This document shows positions 1 through 8,896 of a stretch of 64,000 nt of DNA, one piece after another. The notes beneath the pieces are model-generated. The model was not told the origin of the DNA. It did no database searches and saw nothing but the letters and a program-made list of their open reading frames with translations. Positions within the stretch are counted from its first letter, which is position 1, and each line of letters begins with the position of its first letter. This stretch comes from an uncultured virus (IMG/VR IMGVR_UViG_3300015244_001911) (lineage: Duplodnaviria > Heunggongvirae > Uroviricota > Caudoviricetes), in the IMG/VR virus record IMGVR_UViG_3300015244_001911, positions 1-64,000 of that record; one strand, 5' to 3'. The position numbers and the translations under genes were made by a program.

Positions 1-816
1 AACAACGGATCTTCTGGAACATCGGGAGTTAATGGATCTCCAGGAAACAATGGTAACAACGGATCTTCTGGATCAGCAGGATCATCAGGAACAAGAGGAT
101 CTTCTGGAACATCGGGAGTTAATGGATCTCCAGGAAACAATGGTAACAACGGATCTTCTGGATCAGCAGGATCATCAGGAACAAGAGGATCTTCTGGAAC
201 ATCGGGAGTTAATGGATCTCCAGGAAACAATGGTAACAACGGATCTTCTGGAACATCAGGAACATCATTTAGTGTCACCGCTACCACTACCAATTCAACG
301 TTCTATCCTGTTTTCGTTCTTGGTACTGGTGTACAGACACCTAATATTAGAACGACAGCGTCGGCACTCCGATTTAACGCTTCCACCTCCGAATTAGCCG
401 CAGGTAGTTTAGTAAGTGACGGGGATGTTTATGCAGTAAGATCTCTAGGGGTTGGTATGGGTCCATCGGCTGTAACCGGACAAATAGATGCAGCAGCTGA
501 TATTATTGCATTCTCTACATCGGACATCAGATTAAAGGATGGAATTAGTCCAATAGAGAACAGTTTAGAAAAACTTTCAGCCATCTCGGGGGTCAATTAT
601 AAATGGAAGCCGGAGTTCAATGATATCCACGGGTACAAAGATAAACAAGATGTCGGAGTTATCGCTCAGGAGGTATTAAGTATTCTACCCGAAGCTGTTA
701 GACAAAACGCAACTGGATACTACTCGGTTAGATACGAAAGAATAATTCCTTTGCTAATTGAAGCAATCAAGGAGCAACAAAAACAAATAGATGAACTAAA
801 ATCTAAATTAAAGTAA
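1..816 (+). CDS. Collagen-like (G-X-Y, Ser/Asn/Thr-rich) tail fibre with C-terminal intramolecular chaperone (peptidase S74); 5' end outside window
   Basis: Frame 1 is open from base 1 (NNGSSGTSGVNGSPGNNGNNGSSGSAG...) through the 457..816 ORF, which has the S74 pattern SDIRLKD...GVIAQEV...VRYERIIPLLIEAIKEQQKQI. Confidence 0.85.
   Translation, partial: NNGSSGTSGVNGSPGNNGNNGSSGSAGSSGTRGSSGTSGVNGSPGNNGNNGSSGSAGSSGTRGSSGTSGVNGSPGNNGNNGSSGTSGTSFSVTATTTNSTFYPVFVLGTGVQTPNIRTTASALRFNASTSELAAGSLVSDGDVYAVRSLGVGMGPSAVTGQIDAAADIIAFSTSDIRLKDGISPIENSLEKLSAISGVNYKWKPEFNDIHGYKDKQDVGVIAQEVLSILPEAVRQNATGYYSVRYERIIPLLIEAIKEQQKQIDELKSKLK
7..252 (+). repeat. Perfect 90-bp tandem repeat (about 2.7 copies) encoding 30-aa G-X-Y units
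   Basis: Units start at 7, 97 and 187; identity runs to 252. Confidence 0.95.
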
Positions 817-817
817 A

Positions 818-1348
818 ATGGGATTCGTAGTAAACAAAGAAATAACAACAGATAATGGCAGAGCCTTTTCCAGTTTTTACGTGAGAATAGACAGTTATAT
901 TATTAATAAGATCACCGGATTTCTGGCTGTTAGTGCGGGACATTATTCAGATAAAGAAGCTGCAGCTCAGTCGTATGTGGAGGATGGAATAAATTCCAGT
1001 GGCAGAATAAGCTATAATATATCGTATGACGATATCTTGAATTCACAGTTTTCACACGTAAGAAGATATCCGCTGACTGAAACAGTAACAGTTCCGATAC
1101 AAGTTAGAAAATCTGACTGGTCACATGAGTTGATAGAGTATATCGACTTCGACGAGAATGGAAATGAGGTAGTAAAAGAAAGACGCGAATGGACTGAAAT
1201 TGTCACGTATGAAACTGAGAATCAGACGAGAACCAGGATAAATATAGATCTTGTAAATGATAACGTGTATCAATATGCATATAATCGATTAATAGAGGAA
1301 TATGGGGATATATTCGGAAGCGCAAATATTATAAACGAAACGATTTAA
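818..1348 (+). CDS. Hypothetical protein (tail-fibre-associated by position)
   Basis: 176-aa ORF starting right after the fibre stop. Confidence 0.6.
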   Translation: MGFVVNKEITTDNGRAFSSFYVRIDSYIINKITGFLAVSAGHYSDKEAAAQSYVEDGINSSGRISYNISYDDILNSQFSHVRRYPLTETVTVPIQVRKSDWSHELIEYIDFDENGNEVVKERREWTEIVTYETENQTRTRINIDLVNDNVYQYAYNRLIEEYGDIFGSANIINETI

Positions 1349-1350
1349 CT

Positions 1351-1824
1351 ATGGGTGTATTATATCTTCCATCTGCTACCGACATTAATGTCCCTACATA
1401 TTTTACAGCATTAATAGGTGTTTCCTCCTCTGATGTTAGTTTTAAAAATGTACTTGAAGACACTGATCCACAAATCAATCTCACTACCAATCTTGCACTT
1501 AACTATTATACCGGTATAGCTGGTGGGTATGCCCTTTTTAACTTAGCGATAAAATCCAGTAACGGGTCACGAGGTTATGTTGAGGTTACTTATCCATGGT
1601 CGCAGCAATCGACAGGTGTCACCACCATCGGTAACACTAAACAGGCGTACGAGTATTATGGTAGTACTATAGATATAAATGCAATTGGAATATACCCCTT
1701 TACTTTTTCCTATTGGTATGAATCTAGTTCTGCTACCTTTTACTACACCAGCAATTTATCATTTTCCGCGTTAAGTGGGGAAACACAGGATCCTTTTGCT
1801 TTATTTACTGCTTATTTTGCATAA
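1351..1824 (+). CDS. Hypothetical protein, Ser/Thr/Tyr-rich, possibly virion-associated
   Basis: 157-aa ORF; composition and operon position. Confidence 0.55.
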   Translation: MGVLYLPSATDINVPTYFTALIGVSSSDVSFKNVLEDTDPQINLTTNLALNYYTGIAGGYALFNLAIKSSNGSRGYVEVTYPWSQQSTGVTTIGNTKQAYEYYGSTIDINAIGIYPFTFSYWYESSSATFYYTSNLSFSALSGETQDPFALFTAYFA

Positions 1825-1862
1825 AATTATAAACCAAATTAGTAACCATTAAATGCTTAAAT

Positions 1863-2750
1863 ATGGAAACCCTATGGGTATTAGAGAATGTAAAAAAAGA
1901 CCTTAGTTTTTATAGCAGACTGCAAATATGGCTGCTAGTGGCTTCGGTGTCACTATGGAGAAAATATCATCCCCATCACAAAACTGTCTTTTATGCTGAT
2001 GATATTACACTAGAGCATCTCAAAAATTTTAATATTTTTCACCTATGGCATGATGTTAGACCTCTTTGTTATCCGGAGAAGATTAATAGGGAGATATTTT
2101 GGTCCTCTCCGAAGACTAAAATTATATCCGAAACTGAAATACCATTATTGCTGGTTGATCATGATTTTTTAATCTTTCGTAGTATCGACGAGCATCTCGC
2201 GGATAAACTCATTTATAGTTATGATGAAAGAGCAGATAACTGGTACCCCCCCGAGAATGATGTTTATAATGGTAGATTAACAACACCAATTACCAGAATC
2301 AATGACTTAGCAGCTAATGTGAGCTTTTTTTATTTGCCTGATCCCAAATTTTCCAGGAAATATGGTAGACAGGTTCTTAAAAATCATGAGGAGTTTACCG
2401 CTATGAATTCTCCTTATGTAACTACGAATCACATGATATTATCGGAGCAGCTGATGCTAAAACAGTGGCTATGTTCGGAGAGCATACCGCATCAATGTCT
2501 ATCTAAAAACATTTGGGATTGCAAGAAGGCTGACTTTTATGATGTATTGGCTGAATCTGGAATTTGGGATCTTAAAGAAACACGAAGATCATATAAGCAC
2601 TATGGGGTAGAGGAAATGAGAATTAGAGAACATCGGACGGGTTATAACTATAATGAAACCATCGAATTTTTAAAAAGGTGCGTTACTGCAGGTAAGCTCA
2701 TGGATGTTACTGAATTAGAGAACAATATCAATACCATATTAAACGCATGA
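1863..2750 (+). CDS. DUF6734-like putative GT-A-fold transferase
   Basis: FYAD, FWSSPK and LLVDHD (DxD) motifs; resembles the next gene. Confidence 0.55.
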   Translation: METLWVLENVKKDLSFYSRLQIWLLVASVSLWRKYHPHHKTVFYADDITLEHLKNFNIFHLWHDVRPLCYPEKINREIFWSSPKTKIISETEIPLLLVDHDFLIFRSIDEHLADKLIYSYDERADNWYPPENDVYNGRLTTPITRINDLAANVSFFYLPDPKFSRKYGRQVLKNHEEFTAMNSPYVTTNHMILSEQLMLKQWLCSESIPHQCLSKNIWDCKKADFYDVLAESGIWDLKETRRSYKHYGVEEMRIREHRTGYNYNETIEFLKRCVTAGKLMDVTELENNINTILNA

Positions 2751-3736
2751 GAGCAATACACGTAAATTGGACCAAGCCATTCTTTCATAGAGACCGTTTA
2801 AGAGGTCATGGATTTAACACAACCAGAGAATTAAAATCTGAGACCTATGATCAGCCGGACTATCAGATATTATACACCATGCTTTCTGCTATCCACTGGA
2901 AACGATTAAACGGCCCAATTAAGCTTTACACTGATTCTGTTGGCTTAGCATTTTATCAGCAATTCAGAATACCTGAACTTTATGACGGGATCGATATTAA
3001 TTTTTTAAATGGTTATTCCAAGACAGATGTAGATCCTGCACATTTTTGGACCAGCGGAAAAATAAAATGTTTAGCTAACCAGACATCTCCATTCGTTTTC
3101 CTTGATGAGGATATGATCATCAGAAGTAAGCTTCCTGATAGCATATTAAAATCGGATTTAACAGTTACACACTGGGAAATACCTCGGGGCTATTATTATT
3201 TTAGTGAGGATGATTGGAAAAAAGACATCTCGCATATAGAATTCCCTGAGGGATACCAATGTTTAGACTGGTCACCAAACACATCATTTCTAGTTTTTAA
3301 TAATCTAAAGATATTAAGGGAGTATCACGATTGGCATAGAAAGCTAGTGGATACTAACGGTGCGGATACTCCCGAATGGTTTTGGCTTTTAACTGACCAG
3401 GGAATACTTGGACATATCATTAGGCAGGGAGATTATAAAACCAATACTTTAACCGATAAGATATATTTGGCCGATAGTAACTATGGAAACGAATCTACCA
3501 GATACAAGGGTCAGGCTGAAAATTGGTATTATCCGATGAATCCCGATTATACCAAAGAGAACATAAGTTGGGAACACGTCTGGATAGATAAGATTCATTA
3601 CGGATGGCTTCCTGATTATAAAGAAAAACAGACACAGAGGTTCTTCGAGGAACTTATATTTTTAGGGTATTCCGAATATCTACAACATGCAAGATTTGCA
3701 AAATACTGGAATGAATACAGAAGTAAAAATAGTTAG
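2747..3736 (+). CDS. DUF6734-like putative GT-A-fold transferase
   Basis: LYTD, FWTSGKIK and PFVFLDED (DxD) motifs; ATGA overlap with the previous gene. Confidence 0.6.
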   Translation: MRAIHVNWTKPFFHRDRLRGHGFNTTRELKSETYDQPDYQILYTMLSAIHWKRLNGPIKLYTDSVGLAFYQQFRIPELYDGIDINFLNGYSKTDVDPAHFWTSGKIKCLANQTSPFVFLDEDMIIRSKLPDSILKSDLTVTHWEIPRGYYYFSEDDWKKDISHIEFPEGYQCLDWSPNTSFLVFNNLKILREYHDWHRKLVDTNGADTPEWFWLLTDQGILGHIIRQGDYKTNTLTDKIYLADSNYGNESTRYKGQAENWYYPMNPDYTKENISWEHVWIDKIHYGWLPDYKEKQTQRFFEELIFLGYSEYLQHARFAKYWNEYRSKNS

Positions 3737-4478
3737 AGCATACTGGGGTGAAAGTGATAAACTTAGAGAAGAAATCCCTCCTGTCCCAATCTATACAAAT
3801 CAGATAGTTTTTGTTTGGGGTTCGACAAATGAGTCTTTTTTAAGATCCAGAGGATTCGATACTTTTTTAATGTCTGATGATATACCCGAATCTTATCTTT
3901 CATATAATGGACAGTTCTATCGGAAATTGTTAGCACTTGATATGGCACTAAGTATGTTTGACGAGGTGATTCTTCTGGATTGGGATTGTTATATATTAAG
4001 AGAATTTGATGACGATTTCTATGAATTTCTTAGAGAAAAACCAATTCAATGTCCATTATACGGTCAATATGAAAAAATAGATGAGTCATGGAGAGAAGCA
4101 CTACAACCGGAGAATTCTAACAGAGAGGAATGGTATTCAATATGCAACGATACCTTTCCCAAATACACATGGAAACTTGGAACAACATTAGTAAGTCCAA
4201 ATTTCTGCTTTGTTTATAGTAGAGACCGGTCCTTGGGTAAGAAACTGATTGACATAGCAAATAAGCACGGATTGTCCGGATGCATAGAGGAGCACGCAAT
4301 GTATCTGTATGCTAATTGCTCTCTTGATGATTACATAAAGAAATACCAGCCGAGATTTTTATATGGTGTTTCTAATGATGAATCAGGGAGCGACTTTTTA
4401 GTAAATAAATCGAAGAAGCTAGTAAATGAATATCTGGAGAATTCTATTAAAATGACACATTATCTTAAACACATATAA
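3711..4478 (+). CDS. Putative DxD glycosyltransferase-like protein (paralog A)
   Basis: RAYWG, RKLLAL and ILLDWDC motifs; start moved to 3711 to match paralog B. Confidence 0.55.
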   Translation: MNTEVKIVRAYWGESDKLREEIPPVPIYTNQIVFVWGSTNESFLRSRGFDTFLMSDDIPESYLSYNGQFYRKLLALDMALSMFDEVILLDWDCYILREFDDDFYEFLREKPIQCPLYGQYEKIDESWREALQPENSNREEWYSICNDTFPKYTWKLGTTLVSPNFCFVYSRDRSLGKKLIDIANKHGLSGCIEEHAMYLYANCSLDDYIKKYQPRFLYGVSNDESGSDFLVNKSKKLVNEYLENSIKMTHYLKHI

Positions 4479-5242
4479 TGAAATCCGATATAAAAATAAT
4501 CAGAGCATACTGGGGGGATTCGAAAAAGCTCCGAGATGAAATACCTCCCTTTCCGATATATGACAATCAGATTGTATATGTATGGGGCGAGAATAATGAT
4601 AAATTTTTAAGAGATAGAGGATTCGAAACCAGGATAGTAGCCGAGGAAGATCCTTGTAAAATAGACCATAAAAATTCATTGATCAGAAAACTTATAGCTA
4701 TAAAAATGTCGTTGGAGGAATTCCACGAGATAATGTTCATAGATTGGGATTGCTACATATTGAGAGAGCTGGATGACTCATTTTATAAGTACATCTCAGA
4801 TAAACCCACTCAGATACCTCTGTATGCACACCTTAGTAATCCTATTGATGGTATAGAGGAGTTTTACGTTAATCGTGAAACCGAGCATGTTGAATTTAAG
4901 AATGAAACGAATAAGTATATTCTGAAATACAGCTGGAAATGTGATGATATGTGCATTCTACCCAACTTTGGATTTTTTTATAGTAGAGAAATCCACATAG
5001 GAAGGGAGCTTCTCCGGATAGCTTTAGAGAATGATCTTAAAGGATGTGCTGACGAGGCCGCGATGTTCATATATGCTAATTGCGATCTCACAGAGTATAT
5101 AGAAAGATATCATCCAAATTTCGTTAACGGGGTTTCCGATATCATGACATCAACAAATTTTAAAATATCAGAAATACAGAAAAGATTCAATAATAGGATT
5201 AAGGATATTCTAAATATGGATCTATATCTGGAACACATGTAA
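4478..5242 (+). CDS. Putative DxD glycosyltransferase-like protein (paralog B)
   Basis: RAYWG, RKLIAI and MFIDWDC motifs; colinear with paralog A. Confidence 0.55.
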   Translation: MKSDIKIIRAYWGDSKKLRDEIPPFPIYDNQIVYVWGENNDKFLRDRGFETRIVAEEDPCKIDHKNSLIRKLIAIKMSLEEFHEIMFIDWDCYILRELDDSFYKYISDKPTQIPLYAHLSNPIDGIEEFYVNRETEHVEFKNETNKYILKYSWKCDDMCILPNFGFFYSREIHIGRELLRIALENDLKGCADEAAMFIYANCDLTEYIERYHPNFVNGVSDIMTSTNFKISEIQKRFNNRIKDILNMDLYLEHM

Positions 5243-5246
5243 ATAT

Positions 5247-6281
5247 ATGAAAGCATACTGCAGTTTACCATTTGATAGAATGAAAATAGATTCTGACGGG
5301 TCTTACCAATCTTGCTGTCACCAAACAACTTACTATGGCAACATTTTAACAGATAATACAACGATAGAAGAGGCCTTTAAGGGGAAAACATTGGTTTCGG
5401 TAAAGAACTCCGTAATGGGCTCTAAAATGCATCCTGGCTGCAACAACACTAAGTGTCCGCTATACTTCACATCATTAGAAAGAAATGTTGATGTTGCTCT
5501 GTCGAAATATCCTAAACAAATTGAACTTTCCCTGCCCTCCTCGTGGTGTAATATCGGTGGTTTGAACCCAACCCCTGACACTGCATGTATAATGTGTCCA
5601 AGATCTAGCGAAAGCTACATCACAAATTTTGTTAATTTGCCAGATAATACTAATCTGTTACTTGACATTATAAAACCCGCAATTCCACATCTGGAAACAT
5701 TCACACTCTTGGGAATAGCTGAGCCTTTTTACAAAGGAAGATTGTTTGAAGTTTTTGATAGAATAGAATTTAAAAAATATAAGGACACGATATTATTCTG
5801 GACTTTTTGCAATGGATCTTTATTTGGAGAAAAATATCAGGACATGTTCGTTGATGAATATACTAGCAAATCATGCATAGGATTTTCTATTGATGCTGCA
5901 ACACCGGAGACCTATATAAAGATAAGAAGACTTGATTACTATGCAACTATACAGAAAAATCTGGAAAGATATTTTAACAAGGTGAATAATTTGGGCTATA
6001 AAAGAGATTGGTCATTTACAGCATATAATATCAATATGTTGAACCTTCATGAAATGGAAGATATGCTCAGATTCGGAAACAATATAGGGTCTAATAAAGT
6101 ACAATATACATTAACTTACGTCAGCGATCCTGGAATGAAAATTGACAGAAGATTATTATGTAATGATAAAAACTGGAATCTGTTTTGGGAAAAACAGCAA
6201 AGAATAGAACAATTAGCCGCTGAATTGAACCAGAAAGTTGAGTTTTATGTCCCGTTCCATGGCGGATATTTAAAAGAATAG
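5247..6281 (+). CDS. Radical SAM protein with N-terminal SPASM/twitch-like domain
   Basis: N-terminal CSLPF...DG...CC...YGNI...C; core CX12CX2C, GIAEPF, NGS and SIDAATPETY..IR motifs. Confidence 0.75.
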   Translation: MKAYCSLPFDRMKIDSDGSYQSCCHQTTYYGNILTDNTTIEEAFKGKTLVSVKNSVMGSKMHPGCNNTKCPLYFTSLERNVDVALSKYPKQIELSLPSSWCNIGGLNPTPDTACIMCPRSSESYITNFVNLPDNTNLLLDIIKPAIPHLETFTLLGIAEPFYKGRLFEVFDRIEFKKYKDTILFWTFCNGSLFGEKYQDMFVDEYTSKSCIGFSIDAATPETYIKIRRLDYYATIQKNLERYFNKVNNLGYKRDWSFTAYNINMLNLHEMEDMLRFGNNIGSNKVQYTLTYVSDPGMKIDRRLLCNDKNWNLFWEKQQRIEQLAAELNQKVEFYVPFHGGYLKE

Positions 6282-6283
6282 GT

Positions 6284-6991
6284 ATGATATTTAAAAAACC
6301 ACTAATACCAACGGAGGACCAATATGTTTTTCAGCTAGCTCCTATACCTTTATATCAAAGGATTTACGACGATAAGATCTCAGATATAGCTTACGATCTG
6401 GGCAAAAGAATCTTAACTGATAAACAGAAGTTAATGGGGCAGGAGCTACCTAACTTATATGATTCAGACCGTCAATCTAATTACGAGATAAATTACGAAA
6501 GACATGATGAATGGGTAGAAGACCACGAATTTCCTCCCATAGGAAGTCGTTTTTGGAGTCCACCTAACGACTTTTTAGATACTGATAACGAAACAGTAAA
6601 AACGATAAGAAGAAGAATATTTAATGGATTTTATCACCTATTAAAATCGCTGGGTATTGAAAAGGATGGTGAAGCTACTATAACGGAGAGTTGGCTTCAA
6701 TACTATGATCCATATTCAGGAAGAGGTCATAATGCTCATAATCATTGTCGTTGGAATCACGGGGAAGTTAAACCAATAATGTTTTCGGGAGGATACTATC
6801 TCTGTGACGGTGATCCGGTATCGGATCATCCCTATAGCGGTGTTTTCTCTTTCCATGTTCGTGGTATGAAATATTACATAAGACCAAAAAAAGGAATGTT
6901 AATGATATGGCCATATGATATAATCCATTCAGTTGAACCCTTCTATGGTAGTAAGGAAAGAGCAGTTATAAACTTTAATATACAAATATAG
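6284..6991 (+). CDS. Putative 2OG-Fe(II) oxygenase (TIGR02466-like)
   Basis: HNAHNH, FSGGYY, WP...HSVEPF and RAVINFN motifs. Confidence 0.75.
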   Translation: MIFKKPLIPTEDQYVFQLAPIPLYQRIYDDKISDIAYDLGKRILTDKQKLMGQELPNLYDSDRQSNYEINYERHDEWVEDHEFPPIGSRFWSPPNDFLDTDNETVKTIRRRIFNGFYHLLKSLGIEKDGEATITESWLQYYDPYSGRGHNAHNHCRWNHGEVKPIMFSGGYYLCDGDPVSDHPYSGVFSFHVRGMKYYIRPKKGMLMIWPYDIIHSVEPFYGSKERAVINFNIQI

Positions 6992-6994
6992 CAT

Positions 6995-7582
6995 ATGAAC
7001 TTCAATCAACCGTACAACGACCCTCAGAATTACTATTGGTTCCAGCACGGATTCAGTAAGGAGGAGCTTGATAAAATCTATAACGATGTTACAGAACTCC
7101 CTTTCGATCCCGCAACAATTGACACCGGAAATTCTCTTGATGAGAATAAACAAATAAGGAGTTCTTCCATAAAATGGATACCGAAGAATGAAAAGTGGAA
7201 TTGGTTGTATGAAAAATTAATGTCACAAGCTACAGGAGCTAACAATGCACTATGGAATTTTAATCTAGTGTCCGCTCCCGAGCTTATTCAATATACGGAA
7301 TATTATGCAACCGAGGGAGGTCATTATGACTGGCATCAGGACATAGGTGCGGGTGGAGCAAGCCATCGCAAAGTTTCTATAACAGTTCAGTTATCTGACC
7401 CTGATGAGTATGATGGCGGAGACCTTGAATTATGGCAAGGTGCAACTTCTATACAAAAAGCTCATAGAGGAGCTGGTGTTGTTTTTGTATTCCCAAGTTA
7501 TATGATGCATAGAGTCACCAAAGTTACCCGAGGTGTTAGAAGAAGCTTCGTTTTATGGGTTGGAGGATGTACTTATAAATAA
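6995..7582 (+). CDS. 2OG-Fe(II) oxygenase, prolyl-4-hydroxylase/PKHD-like
   Basis: YDWHQD, RKVSITVQLS..EYDGGDL and FPSYMMHRVTKVTRGVRRS motifs. Confidence 0.85.
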   Translation: MNFNQPYNDPQNYYWFQHGFSKEELDKIYNDVTELPFDPATIDTGNSLDENKQIRSSSIKWIPKNEKWNWLYEKLMSQATGANNALWNFNLVSAPELIQYTEYYATEGGHYDWHQDIGAGGASHRKVSITVQLSDPDEYDGGDLELWQGATSIQKAHRGAGVVFVFPSYMMHRVTKVTRGVRRSFVLWVGGCTYK

Positions 7583-7592
7583 ATGGTTTTTT

Positions 7593-7620
7593 GAAACTAT
7601 TGGACATAAAACAACTAAAA
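7593..7620 (+). promoter_or_regulatory. Putative ECF-type middle promoter GAAAC-N17-CTAAAA
   Basis: One of 8 mostly intergenic copies with a 17-nt spacer. Confidence 0.65.
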
Positions 7621-7636
7621 ATAGTAAATTTTAAAT

Positions 7637-7909
7637 ATGAGCGAACAAATTAAATTGCCAGAGGAACTTCTATTAGAAATTCAGGCATTAAAGGATGAAT
7701 TAACCGAGAATGTTATTAGAATCGGAAGATTAAATGTACAGAAATCTTTTTACGAGAAGGACCTTAGAATGTTAGACCTAGAACTTGATGCACTTTATGG
7801 CCAAGCGGAGGTTATTTCTAAGAAAGAGGATGATCTTCAGATAAAGGTTGTCGGCCAATATGGTAGCGGGAAATTAGATTTCGAGAGCGGTATTTTTTCA
7901 AAGGAGTAA
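7637..7909 (+). CDS. Small coiled-coil hypothetical protein
   Basis: 90-aa ORF with heptad pattern. Confidence 0.6.
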   Translation: MSEQIKLPEELLLEIQALKDELTENVIRIGRLNVQKSFYEKDLRMLDLELDALYGQAEVISKKEDDLQIKVVGQYGSGKLDFESGIFSKE

Positions 7910-7915
7910 TTTTTC

Positions 7916-8896
7916 GTGATGGTATCTGAGCACAACCAAGAGATTCCTAGAATCTTATACGTCTCCCCACACCTTTCCACTGGTGGTCTCCCTCAGTATC
8001 TTTGGAAGAAAATAGAATCTTTCAATGATGTTGCAGAGGTTTACTGTGTGGAATACAGTTATTTGGGAGATGCTTATGTTGTCCAGAGAAATAGAATATC
8101 TAATCTACTTGGCGAAAGGTTCATACCTATATTTAATGATGCCAATCGATTACTGGAGATTATATCTGATATAAATCCAGATATTGTGCACTTTGAGGAA
8201 TTCTGCGAAAGTTTTGTTGATGATGCTGTTTTACAAAAGATTTTTTCTGATGATAGAAAATATCTAATATGTGAAACATGTCACAGTTCTGTCACATCGG
8301 TTCAGAGCAAAATCTATCGTCCCGATAGATTTGTCATGGTTTCTAAATGGATAGACCAGAAGTTTAGCAATCTGGGTGTACCCTCCGAGATATTGGAATA
8401 TCCGATAGAAGATTTAATACCAAATAAATCCAAGACCATGGAGTTGCTTGGTATGGACCCGAATTACAAGCATATAGTAAATATTGGACTTTTTACCCCT
8501 GGAAAAAATCAGGGTGAAATTTTTGAATATGCTAATGAAACATTAAAAAGGGATCTACCAATTAGATATCATTTTATTGGAAACACCGCTGATAATTTTA
8601 AGGATTATTGGGGTCCTTTATTAGAGAACAAACCAGATAATTGTTATATCTGGGGAGAAAGAAATGATGTTGATCTTTTCTATCAGGCTGCGGATCTTTT
8701 TTTGTTTACCTCCAACTTCGAATTAAACCCACTTTCGATAAAAGAAGCTTTATCGTGGAAAATTCCTTCGGTTTTTAAAAGATTGGATACTTATCTGGAC
8801 ACTTATGATGATATGGAGAATGTATTTTATATTACTAACAACAGGGAGTCTAATCTTTCTTTAATACTAAATATACTAAATCCAGAATGGAAATAA
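7916..8896 (+). CDS. Glycosyltransferase, GT-B fold (GT4-like)
   Basis: PHLSTGGLPQY, IGLFTPGKNQ and ADLFLFTS..ELNPLSIKEAL motifs. Confidence 0.85.
   Translation: MMVSEHNQEIPRILYVSPHLSTGGLPQYLWKKIESFNDVAEVYCVEYSYLGDAYVVQRNRISNLLGERFIPIFNDANRLLEIISDINPDIVHFEEFCESFVDDAVLQKIFSDDRKYLICETCHSSVTSVQSKIYRPDRFVMVSKWIDQKFSNLGVPSEILEYPIEDLIPNKSKTMELLGMDPNYKHIVNIGLFTPGKNQGEIFEYANETLKRDLPIRYHFIGNTADNFKDYWGPLLENKPDNCYIWGERNDVDLFYQAADLFLFTSNFELNPLSIKEALSWKIPSVFKRLDTYLDTYDDMENVFYITNNRESNLSLILNILNPEWK

Noticed and set aside
7..252. Possible CRISPR array
   Set aside because: Head-to-tail coding repeats without unique spacers; the PD-(D/E)XK gene at 24492 has no cas neighbours
32..397. 121-aa ORF MDLQETMVTT... 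in the track
   Set aside because: Shadow frame of the 90-bp repeat; frame 1 encodes the collagen-like fibre continuous with the S74 domain
8880..8896. Frameshift fusion of GT4 and heptosyltransferase
   Set aside because: The second gene has its own ATG in a 10-nt overlap and no slippery heptamer; translational coupling suffices
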